DNA from: a virus
Lineage: Duplodnaviria > Caudoviricetes
IMG/VR virus record: IMGVR_UViG_3300047672_000041
Location: 6,008 to 70,007 of that record
DNA: 64,000 bases
Reading direction: 5' to 3' (one strand)
A program made the translations under genes and the position numbers. Shown here one piece after another: positions 44,931-53,344 of this stretch (position 1 is the stretch's first letter; the number at the start of each line of letters is the position of its first letter). Below the pieces are notes generated by a model that saw only the letters and a program-made list of their open reading frames with translations, searched no databases and was not told where the DNA came from.

Positions 44931-45866
44931 TCAGAGGATCGAGACGGCCATGGCCTCGCGGACGGCGACCAGCTGGGCCTGCATCTGCAGGTCGCGGGCG
45001 GCCGGGGCGGGGTCGGGGCTGTCGTCGGAAGGGACCGATGGGGGCTCGCTCTCCACGGGCGACGCATCGGGGGCGGACGGGGCCGGGGGCTCGTTCTCCA
45101 CGAGCGGCGCGGCCGGGGCGTCGGGCTCGGCGGGTGCCGGGTCCGGCGGGTCTTCGGGGGTGTCGGTCTCGTCGGGGTCGGGGGCGCGGTGCCGGTCGCG
45201 GGGCGGGTCCAGCAGCAGCGCGCGGGCGACCTCGGCCCGCACGACCGGGTCGTCGAGGGCGGCCATGACGGCGTCGGTGGCGGCGCTGCGGACGCCGACG
45301 GACGTCTCGGTGTAGGCGGGCCAGGCCACCGGGCCCAGCTCCAGCAGCCGGACCTCGATCAGGGTCCGCTCCAGGGGGCCCCGGTCGCCCGGGTCGGACA
45401 GCAGCCGGGACAGTTCGGCCTGGTCCTTGATGACCTTGCCGGTGCCGTCGCGCCATTCGTCGCGCAGCGGCTCGAACCGGAAGGACATGCCGGTGACGCC
45501 GCCGTCGCGGATCGCGTCGCGGATCGGCTGGATCAACCAGTTGTCGGTGAGCCGGGCCCGGACGAACAGGCCCTGGTCGTCCTCGTACAGGTCGCGGATC
45601 GCGCCGATGGGGATGGACCCGATGAGGGGGTGGCGGCCGTGGTCGTACTGCAGCATGGGTCGCTTCCCGCCGCGCAGCGAGTTGCGGAACACGCCCCGGC
45701 GGAGCCGTTCGGTGAACGTCCCCTCCCAGGAGTCGATCTGGGTGTCGGTGTCGTAGACGGCGGCGTAGCCCTCCATGGTCAGCCCGTCCCCGGCCGCGTC
45801 GGGTTCGGTGGCGGTGACCCGGAAGGGGACCTCGCGGACGGGCAGGCGCGCGGTGTCGACCGGCAT
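44931..45866 (-). CDS. HK97-type prohead protease
   Basis: EGYAAVYD, YDHG, GMSFRF, LLELGPVAWPAY. Confidence 0.92.
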   Translation of the reverse strand: MPVDTARLPVREVPFRVTATEPDAAGDGLTMEGYAAVYDTDTQIDSWEGTFTERLRRGVFRNSLRGGKRPMLQYDHGRHPLIGSIPIGAIRDLYEDDQGLFVRARLTDNWLIQPIRDAIRDGGVTGMSFRFEPLRDEWRDGTGKVIKDQAELSRLLSDPGDRGPLERTLIEVRLLELGPVAWPAYTETSVGVRSAATDAVMAALDDPVVRAEVARALLLDPPRDRHRAPDPDETDTPEDPPDPAPAEPDAPAAPLVENEPPAPSAPDASPVESEPPSVPSDDSPDPAPAARDLQMQAQLVAVREAMAVSIL

Positions 45867-45933
45867 GCGGACTCCTCCGGATGGGGGTGGGGCTTGCGCG
45901 AGAGGGGGTGCGCGGCCGGTTGGGCCGGACGGG

Positions 45934-47292
45934 CTAGGCGGGCGTCGCCTCGGGCTCGGGTGCGGGCTCGGGCGCGGCCACGGTCCCGGCCGGTTGGAGC
46001 TGCACGGAGAACAGCCCGGAGTGCTCCAGCAGGTCCTCGTCCCCGGCGATCAGCGCGGCCCGCGCGGACTCGGGGGTGTGCCCGGAGTCGATGTAGGTCC
46101 GCAGGGTCGACGCGCGCTGGGCCTGGATGGCGGTGGCGTCGGTCTCGTCCTCGCGCAGGAACGGCACGCCCCGGGCGTCGTAGTGCAGCCGGGACCCGGC
46201 GGGCGGGGGGACGAGCCGGGAGAAGGATCCGGCGCAGTTCTGCCACAGGGGGTGCATGGTGCCGTCGGCGAACCGGCGCCTGGCCTGCGCATAGTTACTG
46301 TACGTAGCCGACTCTAAACCCTCTGACAGCCCGACGATGATCGGGGGGACTCCGGCGGCGGCGGCGATCCGCGTCTCCCCGTGCCCCTGAACCGTCTTGA
46401 AATCCATTTGCTTGAAATCGGCGCCGATCACCCGGACATCCGCCCCGCCGCCGAGATAGAGCGTCTTATACGCATTCTCGACGCCGCGATGCGACAAATC
46501 CATCTTGTCCTTGAATGCCTTGAAAGCCTCCAGGGAAATGTCTTTGTCGAGGCTCACCGACAGATTCGGGGTGGCGGCATTCGCGAAAAAGCGTGACTTG
46601 TGCGATCCCATCATCCGATCCGACAGCACTTCGGACACGACCGACGACAGCCACGACTGGCCCCGGTACCAGGCCAGCGGGTCGGGGTCCGGCGCGAAGT
46701 GGGCGACCTCGTCGACGGTGAACACCGCCGGGCTCGCCCCGGCGTACCGGCCGCCCTCCCAGTACACGTAGCCGATCCGCCGGGACCCGACCTGCGCGCC
46801 CCGGTGCATCCGGGGGGCCAGCGCGATCTCCACCCAGTCCGGGCGCAGCCGCACCAGGTCGCCGCCGATGCGCGCCCAGTAGGAGTTCCCGGTCAGGTCG
46901 ACGTCCTGGATGGTGCGGGCGAGGAGATCCTGGGTGGTCGACCCCGGCCCCCACGGCGACTCCAGCTGGGCCAGGGTGGCGTTGCCCCACAGCTCGGACG
47001 GGCGGCCCTTGCGGAACATCTGGTACTGGAACCGGACGGCGCTGAACACCAGCTGGCGCACGGCGGTGCAGGCGTACACGACGCCGTTGGTGGCGCGGAG
47101 CTGGGTGGCGTAGGCCTTGAGGTCGTTGCCGATCGGCTCGACGCTCGTCTCCCCCGGCATCGTCGTCGTCAGCCCGGTGGTGCCGTAGGGGACGCCGCCG
47201 AAGCTGAAACTGGTCATCATCTGCGACCAGGACTCCAGCGACAGCGCCGCCCCGGGTGCCTGCCGGGTCAGCGCCCGCAGCAGAGAGGCCAT
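45934..47292 (-). CDS. portal protein (HK97 family)
   Basis: NGVVYAC, DLTGNSYW, RIAAAAGVPP...GL, position. Confidence 0.92.
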   Translation of the reverse strand: MASLLRALTRQAPGAALSLESWSQMMTSFSFGGVPYGTTGLTTTMPGETSVEPIGNDLKAYATQLRATNGVVYACTAVRQLVFSAVRFQYQMFRKGRPSELWGNATLAQLESPWGPGSTTQDLLARTIQDVDLTGNSYWARIGGDLVRLRPDWVEIALAPRMHRGAQVGSRRIGYVYWEGGRYAGASPAVFTVDEVAHFAPDPDPLAWYRGQSWLSSVVSEVLSDRMMGSHKSRFFANAATPNLSVSLDKDISLEAFKAFKDKMDLSHRGVENAYKTLYLGGGADVRVIGADFKQMDFKTVQGHGETRIAAAAGVPPIIVGLSEGLESATYSNYAQARRRFADGTMHPLWQNCAGSFSRLVPPPAGSRLHYDARGVPFLREDETDATAIQAQRASTLRTYIDSGHTPESARAALIAGDEDLLEHSGLFSVQLQPAGTVAAPEPAPEPEATPA

Positions 47293-47296
47293 CGTG

Positions 47297-47461
47297 CTAC
47301 CCCCCGCCCTCGTCGTCGGTCAGCTCGGACAGGCCCAGCGCGAGCGCGAGCACCCCGGCGCACAGCAGCGCGGCGGCGAGCCCGAGCCAGAGCGCGAACC
47401 CGGCGATCAGCAGCGCGGCGCCGAGCAGCGTGGCGGCGGCGGCGAACTGCGCCCGGGTCAC
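47297..47461 (-). CDS. small membrane protein between TerL and portal
   Basis: 54-aa hydrophobic ORF; GTGA overlap. Confidence 0.65.
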   Translation of the reverse strand: MTRAQFAAAATLLGAALLIAGFALWLGLAAALLCAGVLALALGLSELTDDEGGG

Positions 47462-48972
47462 GCCCAGTCCGCCCACGGCTCGACCGTGGTCGCCTCGTGC
47501 TCCAGCAGGCAGTGATGGGCCAGCGTCGCGGCGACGACGGCCCGGATGTCGGTCGTCGAGCGGCGCCGCGCCCAGGCCCAGGCGCCGTCGCCGATGTCGC
47601 GGCGCTGCGCCCCCTCGGCGGCCCGGTTGAGCGCGGGCTGATCCCGGTGCCGGATCTTGCCCTGGACCACGGCGTCGTAGAACTCGCCGCACGCGGCGAC
47701 ATAAGCCCGGCCGGTCACCTCGACCACCCGTAACCCGCGCCCGCGCAGCCCGATCGTCAGCGCCCCGGCCGGGGACGTCGGGTCGAGCGCGAACGCGACC
47801 GGCCCGGCCTTGGCGTCCAGCTCGACGCAGCGCTCCACGACCCATTGCAGGCCGCGCCGGTCGTCGTACAGCTCGACGTGGACGAGCCCGTCGCCCCGCC
47901 GCGCGGCGAGGACGATCGCCGCCCCGGACCGGTCGTCCGGGACGTCGAGGGCGAACGTGGGGCGCCCGGTGAACTCGGAGCCCTCGTCGGCGGCGTCGCG
48001 CCAGGCGTCGCCCGGGATCTCCCCCCCGGCCTCGGACGCCGGGACCGGCCACACCCCGAGGCACTCCCGGGCGAAGTCGACCTCACCCAGGGTGACCCGG
48101 TTCCGCTGCAGCGACTCCTCGGTGACCCGGCCCAGCCCGAGCGCCGGGTTGGTCGCGGCCCACGCGGTCCGGTCGTCGAGCAGCCCGGCCCGTTCGTCCG
48201 GGGTCATCGCGGCCAGCTCGTCGAGATCCCCGGCCAGGCCCCAGTCGCGGTAGCCCAGCCCGACCCGTTCCCCGGCCTGGGCCCGGGTCCGCAGCGCGAA
48301 CATCGGTTCCCCGGTCCAGGAGTCCAGCGGCGGCGAGGAGGCGTAGCAGATCTGCGGGTTCGGGCGGGCCATCAGGGTCGGCATGAGCGCCGACTGCTGC
48401 GCCCTCGTGAACGCGAAGGCCTCGTCGATGAGCATGCAATCGGTGGAGAACCCCCGCCCGGAGCCCTTCGTCCGCGCCACCATTTTGATCATCGCGCCGG
48501 TGTCGAGGCGTTCCAGCGACTCCTCGCCGTTCGCGTTGGTGACCTTGATGTGGACGTCGCCGACGGCGATGACGTTCTCCCGGATCCGCTCACCCAGGTT
48601 CAGCACCAGGCGGCGCAGGTCGACGAACGCCCGCATCGAGGTTTTGAACTCGTGCGACGACCAGATGATCAGGTGCTCGGCCCAGGGTGGGGGGGCGAGC
48701 AGCCCGAACAGGGCCCGGGCCTGGAACATCGCCGTCTTGCCGTTCTGCCGGGAGCAGATCTCGGCGTACTCGAAACACGCCCAGTGCTCGTCGCCCGGCC
48801 GGACCGACAGCATCAGGTCGAGCCCGTCGACCTGCCAGGGCTCCAGGACGAGCCCGGCGAGGGCGGCCAGCTCGGCGGCGTCGGCCCCGAGGCTGTACGC
48901 CACCTCCGCCGGGCGGGTCTCAACCCGGGGTTGAACGGCGCCGCGCAGCGATACGGGAGGACAGGTCGGCAA
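47458..48972 (-). CDS. terL: terminase large subunit no. 2 (canonical, linked to portal)
   Basis: Walker A SRQNGKT, Walker B MLIDEA, nuclease FALDV; start may be GTG near 48939. Confidence 0.93.
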   Translation of the reverse strand: MPTCPPVSLRGAVQPRVETRPAEVAYSLGADAAELAALAGLVLEPWQVDGLDLMLSVRPGDEHWACFEYAEICSRQNGKTAMFQARALFGLLAPPPWAEHLIIWSSHEFKTSMRAFVDLRRLVLNLGERIRENVIAVGDVHIKVTNANGEESLERLDTGAMIKMVARTKGSGRGFSTDCMLIDEAFAFTRAQQSALMPTLMARPNPQICYASSPPLDSWTGEPMFALRTRAQAGERVGLGYRDWGLAGDLDELAAMTPDERAGLLDDRTAWAATNPALGLGRVTEESLQRNRVTLGEVDFARECLGVWPVPASEAGGEIPGDAWRDAADEGSEFTGRPTFALDVPDDRSGAAIVLAARRGDGLVHVELYDDRRGLQWVVERCVELDAKAGPVAFALDPTSPAGALTIGLRGRGLRVVEVTGRAYVAACGEFYDAVVQGKIRHRDQPALNRAAEGAQRRDIGDGAWAWARRRSTTDIRAVVAATLAHHCLLEHEATTVEPWADWA

Positions 48973-49528
48973 CGGCTGCCCCCTTCCCTCGTACCGGTGG
49001 CTCGACGGCGGGGGCGAGCGGGGCGAGCAGCTCGGCCAGGACGGCGCGCAGCTCCCGGGCGCAGGCCGAGGGGGTGTTGCCCTGGTCGACGTTCCGGGCC
49101 AGGGCGCGGGCGGTCGCGGCCAGGGCCCCGTCGCGCTGCTCGGCCGGGAGCCGGGCCAGGTCGCTCTCGACGGAACGCTGCACCGGGCCGTCCGGGGCGT
49201 CGGCCGGGTCGGGCCGGGCCCGCAGCTCCATGATCCGCAGGATCCGGTCGACGGCCCAGCCGTCGCCGTTCATCGCTTTGCGCCAGAGGGCGAGGAGCAT
49301 CGAATCGAGGCGCCGGTCGTCGAGGTCGTGCACGTCGGGCGGGTCGTCGAGCTTGCGGCGCCCCAGCTCGGTCTTCACCGCGCGGTAGGCGGACCCCCGG
49401 TTGGTGTAGCCCACCTCGGCGGCGATCTGGTCGTAGGTGGCGCCGGATGTGCGCATCGTGAGCGCGCGCGCGGCGCGGGACTGCGCCCCGGGGGCGTCCG
49501 GGGTGTCGTCGTCGGGATCGTCAGACAC
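48920..49528 (-). CDS. terS: terminase small subunit (apparent two-part fusion)
   Basis: HTH GATYDQIAAEVGY; C-terminal ARELRAVLAEL...ADLSSRIAARR; directly upstream of TerL. Confidence 0.75.
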   Translation of the reverse strand: MSDDPDDDTPDAPGAQSRAARALTMRTSGATYDQIAAEVGYTNRGSAYRAVKTELGRRKLDDPPDVHDLDDRRLDSMLLALWRKAMNGDGWAVDRILRIMELRARPDPADAPDGPVQRSVESDLARLPAEQRDGALAATARALARNVDQGNTPSACARELRAVLAELLAPLAPAVEPPVRGKGAAVADLSSRIAARRRSTPG

Positions 49529-50405
49529 GGCGGGCCTCCTCGGGGTGGGGCTCGACGCGGAGGCGGTAGACGGCGTCTCGGGACGGCACGTAGTCGGGGC
49601 GGCGCACGAGCCGCAGCGACCGGAACGCGCCGTAGTCGACGTAGTGGTGGACCCGGCCGAAGCGCCAGGTCAGGCGGGCGACGTCGGGGTGTAGCCGGAC
49701 GAGCATCTCGGACTTGGGTCCGGTGCCCTCACGGGCGTAGAACTCCTCGGTATTGCCCCCGGCCATGGCCTGGGTGGTGATCTTGTTGGCGACGAAGGCG
49801 TTGAACTGGACGGTGGCCCACCCGGATTTCAGCATCCGCAGCGACAGGTCGGTGTCCTCGTTGTAGCGGCCCCGCCAGCGCAGGCGTAGATCGTTCCGGA
49901 TCAGGTTGCAGGAGTAGATCCGGGTGTTGCGGATGAACGGCGGTAGCTTCTGCCGGGCCTTGGTGAACATCAGATAGGCGGGTCCGGCCATCCCCAGGTT
50001 CAGGTACCGCAGCGCGAACTCCTCCATGGCGTGGAAGCCGGTGCCGTCGCCGAGGCGGATCTGCTGGTTGCGGTGGGTCCGGGCGAAATACTTGATGTTG
50101 TCGTCCATCACCCAGTGCCAGGCGTGACCCTCGGCGAGGGAGTGCTCCCAGATGAAGTTCCGGGCCGGGCCGGGGCCCTTGGACTTGGAGTCGCCCAGGT
50201 CGTCGCACGTGTCGTAGGCAGCCTGATACGCCGGGTCGAGGACGAGGAGGCGGTCGGGCGGGAAATGCGCGGCGTACTCGGCGAACTGCGGGGCCTCGAC
50301 GACGAGCCGGTACGGCACATCCAGCTCGTCGAGCGCGCGCGGGGTGAGCGCGGTCGCCGCCCGCGACTTGGACGGGATGTAGACCGGGAACCGGGGGCGG
50401 GGCAC
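49521..50405 (-). CDS. GREB1-like / TET-associated (TAGT-type) glycosyltransferase
   Basis: VYIPSKSR, GPGPARN, WVMDDNI, NEDTDLSLR, GGNT motifs. Confidence 0.8.
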   Translation of the reverse strand: MPRPRFPVYIPSKSRAATALTPRALDELDVPYRLVVEAPQFAEYAAHFPPDRLLVLDPAYQAAYDTCDDLGDSKSKGPGPARNFIWEHSLAEGHAWHWVMDDNIKYFARTHRNQQIRLGDGTGFHAMEEFALRYLNLGMAGPAYLMFTKARQKLPPFIRNTRIYSCNLIRNDLRLRWRGRYNEDTDLSLRMLKSGWATVQFNAFVANKITTQAMAGGNTEEFYAREGTGPKSEMLVRLHPDVARLTWRFGRVHHYVDYGAFRSLRLVRRPDYVPSRDAVYRLRVEPHPEEARRV

Positions 50406-50407
50406 GG

Positions 50408-51061
50408 TCAGGTGTCGCTGACGACGCGGCCGTGCGGGGAGCCGATGTGCCCGTCGTCGGCGGGCCACCACATGGACGTCCGACGCGGCCGGTTGATCGA
50501 CTCGAAGAAGGCGTCGGCGTCCTCGTGGGTCTGGAAGCGGATCACGACCCGGGCCACGCCCATGAGGTCGCCCTGCTCGAAGTCGGGCATGCCGTCCCAC
50601 TCGGCGAGCGCATCCTGCATCTCGGCGGCGGACGCGGCTTCGGCCGCCAGCCGGGCCTCGATCTGGTCGAGATCGCCGGGGTCGTAGCCGGTGCCGTCGA
50701 GATCCGGCAGGTCGGCGAGCAGCTCGGCCAGCAACCGATCGTCGTAGTCGGCCAGGTCGGCGGTGCGGTTGTCGGCCGCGACGATCCGCGCCGCCTGATC
50801 GTCGTCCACGTCCACGGTGACGACCGCGATCGACTCCCAGCCCAGGTCCCGGGCCGCCATCAGGGTGTGATTCCCGGCCAGGACCTCGTTGACCCGGCCG
50901 GTGTGCGTCCCGGTGTTGACCACCAGGGGGCGGTACTGCCCGTTGACCGTCAACGAGCGGGCGATCACCGCTGTGTTGCCCCGGCGCGGGTTCCGGTGGT
51001 ACGTCCGGAGGTCGGCCACCGGCACCTCGGCCGTCGTCAGATCATGGGTCGACCCCGGCAT
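50408..51061 (-). CDS. ParB/Srx-like N-terminal domain protein with C-terminal extension
   Basis: RNPRRGN...SLTVNGQYRP...LAGNHTLMAA...ADNRTADLA. Confidence 0.85.
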   Translation of the reverse strand: MPGSTHDLTTAEVPVADLRTYHRNPRRGNTAVIARSLTVNGQYRPLVVNTGTHTGRVNEVLAGNHTLMAARDLGWESIAVVTVDVDDDQAARIVAADNRTADLADYDDRLLAELLADLPDLDGTGYDPGDLDQIEARLAAEAASAAEMQDALAEWDGMPDFEQGDLMGVARVVIRFQTHEDADAFFESINRPRRTSMWWPADDGHIGSPHGRVVSDT

Positions 51062-51214
51062 GGCGAACTCCCCTCTCGGTACGGTGACGCCTACGGCCGG
51101 GGACAGACCGCAGGACCCGGCTGGGCGCGCGGCGTAGCTCAGAGCGAGCGCGGAGCGGACCGAGGTACGGAGGGGTGGCGTCCTCCCGCCGCGCGCCGCC
51201 GCTAGCGTCACGGC

Positions 51215-51568
51215 GTGCACACCGAGCAGCTCCCCGCCCTCGCCGGACACCACCCCGGCTCCCAGATCGCCCCCGGCCGCAGCTACTGCACCGGCTGCTG
51301 GGACGCCACCGCCGTGCTCGACCCCGACGCCGAACGCACCGACGGGCCGGTCGCCGACCTCCCCGGACGACTCCACGAGTTGGCCGCGCAGGCTCAGCAC
51401 GACCGGCTCACCGCCACCACCGACGCCGACCGCCGCCACGCCGCCGGGCGAGTCATGGGCCTAGACGCCGCCAGGAGCGCATGGGATGCGTTCCGCGTCT
51501 ATCACGACGCGGTCGCGGCCACGCTGGCTCAGCAAGCGCTACGGGCTCAGGACGGGGGCGTCCGATAG
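51215..51568 (+). CDS. hypothetical protein (CxxC)
   Basis: C-rich coding-like ORF, antisense to packaging module. Confidence 0.5.
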   Translation: MHTEQLPALAGHHPGSQIAPGRSYCTGCWDATAVLDPDAERTDGPVADLPGRLHELAAQAQHDRLTATTDADRRHAAGRVMGLDAARSAWDAFRVYHDAVAATLAQQALRAQDGGVR

Positions 51569-51571
51569 CGC

Positions 51572-51838
51572 TCAGCCCGACAGCGTCACGGTGGAATCGT
51601 GCGGCTGCCACGTGGTGTGCGTGACCGGCGCGTGGGGGACGTTGGACCAGAAAACCAGGTAGCCGCCGCACGGCAACTCACAGGACACCGCACCCGGCCG
51701 AGCCTGCAACGCGGCCAACGCCGCCGCGTTACGGAGATACGCCGACACGGTCATCCCCGCCGCCGCCGCCGCCTCATCGATCAGAGCCAGCTCGTCGACA
51801 GTGAACCGGACCGAAACGATCTCCGAACGCGTGTGCAT
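51572..51838 (-). CDS. RHH (MobC/CopG-like) DNA-binding protein
   Basis: VSVRFTVDELALIDEAAAAAGMTVSAYLR. Confidence 0.75.
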   Translation of the reverse strand: MHTRSEIVSVRFTVDELALIDEAAAAAGMTVSAYLRNAAALAALQARPGAVSCELPCGGYLVFWSNVPHAPVTHTTWQPHDSTVTLSG

Positions 51839-51899
51839 CGTGACGAGCAGCCTTCCGTGATCCGGTCCATCCAGCGACAGCCGACGCAGGGCGAAACGC

Positions 51900-52010
51900 C
51901 GGAACGAAAATGCAGGCGACCCCAGGAGAGAGAAACGCCTCTGTAGCGAGATCACGCCGTGGTGATCCACTGCGCCCGACCCCTACCCCCCTACCCCTGT
52001 GACCTGCGGG
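51900..52010 (-). other. candidate packaging (cos) region
   Basis: Non-coding, between HNH and TerS; minus strand GGGGTAGGGGGGTAGGGG...TTTCTCTCTCC; position-based inference. Confidence 0.4.
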
Positions 52011-52164
52011 TTCGCGCGCGTGCGCGCGAGGTGGGCGGTTGACGTGGGGTGTTGGGCTGATCGCGTGTGGCGTGCGGTCGGCATCTCGCGGGCGGTGGAT
52101 TAGCCGCTGCCGCATCTCGTCGTGTGTCGTGTGCGGCGCTCGCGGCGGTGGCGGTGCGAGCGCG

Positions 52165-52285
52165 CGATGCGTGGTGCGTTGCGTGTGTGCGGTGCGTTGC
52201 GTGTGCGATGCGTTGCGTGTGGTGCGTTGCGTGGTGCGTGGTGCGTGGTGTGTGTGCGTGGTGTGTGTGCGCGTGGTGTGTGTGC
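52165..52285. repeat. low-complexity (TGCGT/TGGTG/GT)n tract
   Basis: Almost A-free, G/T-rich on the plus strand. Confidence 0.85.
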
Positions 52286-52332
52286 TGCTGTCCACAGGGT
52301 TGTGCACACGTGGGGATGAGCGGGGGCTGGGG

Positions 52333-52677
52333 TCACCAGGGGCGGGAGGTGGCGGGCGGGAGGTGGGGCTGTCGGCGTACCCGGCGGGGGCGGTGCGGGG
52401 GTAGCCCGAGCTGAGCCCTGCGTACAGCAGCGAACTGGTTCCGTAGGCGTGCGCCGTGGGCCCTGTTGTGGTGAGCGCAGGACAGCGCGTCGGGTAGGCC
52501 TTCACCGAAGGCCAGGGGTCGCACGATGTGATCGGCTTCCAGGCTGAGTGGGTGGTGGGGTGGGAGGGTGAGCTGCCAGCGGTAGATGGGTTCGCCTCCT
52601 CGGGCGCAGGGTTGGCCGTCTCGCAGGGCGGCGCGCAGGTGGGCGGCTACTCGGCGGTGGTCGCTGCTGTAGGGCAT
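52333..52677 (-). CDS. packaging-associated HNH endonuclease
   Basis: PCARGGEPI...EADHIV...CAHHNRAHG; position upstream of terminase. Confidence 0.75.
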   Translation of the reverse strand: MPYSSDHRRVAAHLRAALRDGQPCARGGEPIYRWQLTLPPHHPLSLEADHIVRPLAFGEGLPDALSCAHHNRAHGARLRNQFAAVRRAQLGLPPHRPRRVRRQPHLPPATSRPW

Positions 52678-52753
52678 GGTTGCCTCCCCCTGCTGTGCTA
52701 TGCCCCTAGCGGGCTGTTCCCCCTGGGTGAGCGACTGTCCCCCTGCTGGGGTT

Positions 52754-52861
52754 CTACTTCGGTCCGGGCTTTTTCCCGCCGTTGCCGGTGAGGCGCTTGT
52801 CCTTCTTGGTGCCGGTGCTCGGGGTGTTCTTACTGGGCTTTTTCCCTTGGCTGCCGGGCAT
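52754..52861 (-). CDS. 35-aa Lys-rich peptide; not in ORF track
   Basis: AAGGAGG RBS; MPGSQGKKPSKNTPSTGTKKDKRLTGNGGKKPGPK. Confidence 0.6.
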   Translation of the reverse strand: MPGSQGKKPSKNTPSTGTKKDKRLTGNGGKKPGPK

Positions 52862-52921
52862 GGTCGTCCTCCTTGGAGTTAGTAAGGATCTTCACAAGCA
52901 GCCGCCGGGCCCGCGCTGCAC

Positions 52922-52950
52922 TAGACACGTGTCCCTATCGCACGTAGAGT
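52922..52950 (+). promoter_or_regulatory. TAGAC-class promoter 2 (TAGACA-N17-TAGAGT)
   Basis: Exact 17-nt spacer; precedes accessory operon. Confidence 0.7.
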
Positions 52951-53000
52951 GGTATCTATATCGGGATTCCCCCGATGACGTTGGCCCTGGAGGAACTCCC

Positions 53001-53300
53001 GTGACCACCATCTCCACCACACCGCTCGAAGCGATCGCCCACTCGCTGGGCTACCGCGACGACCCCAGCCTCGACGGGCTCGCGGTCTGGGGCGATGACG
53101 ACCTGATCGCGCTCCTCGGCTACAACAACGACATCGAGCGCGTCGTCCTCGTCCTGGACTTCCAGGACTACAACGACGAGCCGGACGTCCTGTCCGCCGT
53201 GACTCTCGTCGAGGGCGAGTGGGTGGCCGCGCGCCTCGCGCTCACCGACGCCCTGACCCGCATCGGGGCCACCGTCCCGACGACCGTCCCGGTCCACTGA
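53001..53300 (+). CDS. acidic hypothetical protein
   Basis: GGAGG RBS; GTG start. Confidence 0.7.
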   Translation: MTTISTTPLEAIAHSLGYRDDPSLDGLAVWGDDDLIALLGYNNDIERVVLVLDFQDYNDEPDVLSAVTLVEGEWVAARLALTDALTRIGATVPTTVPVH

Positions 53301-53344
53301 TCCCCGCACGATCCCGCACGATCCCTCACCGGAAGGCACATCTG

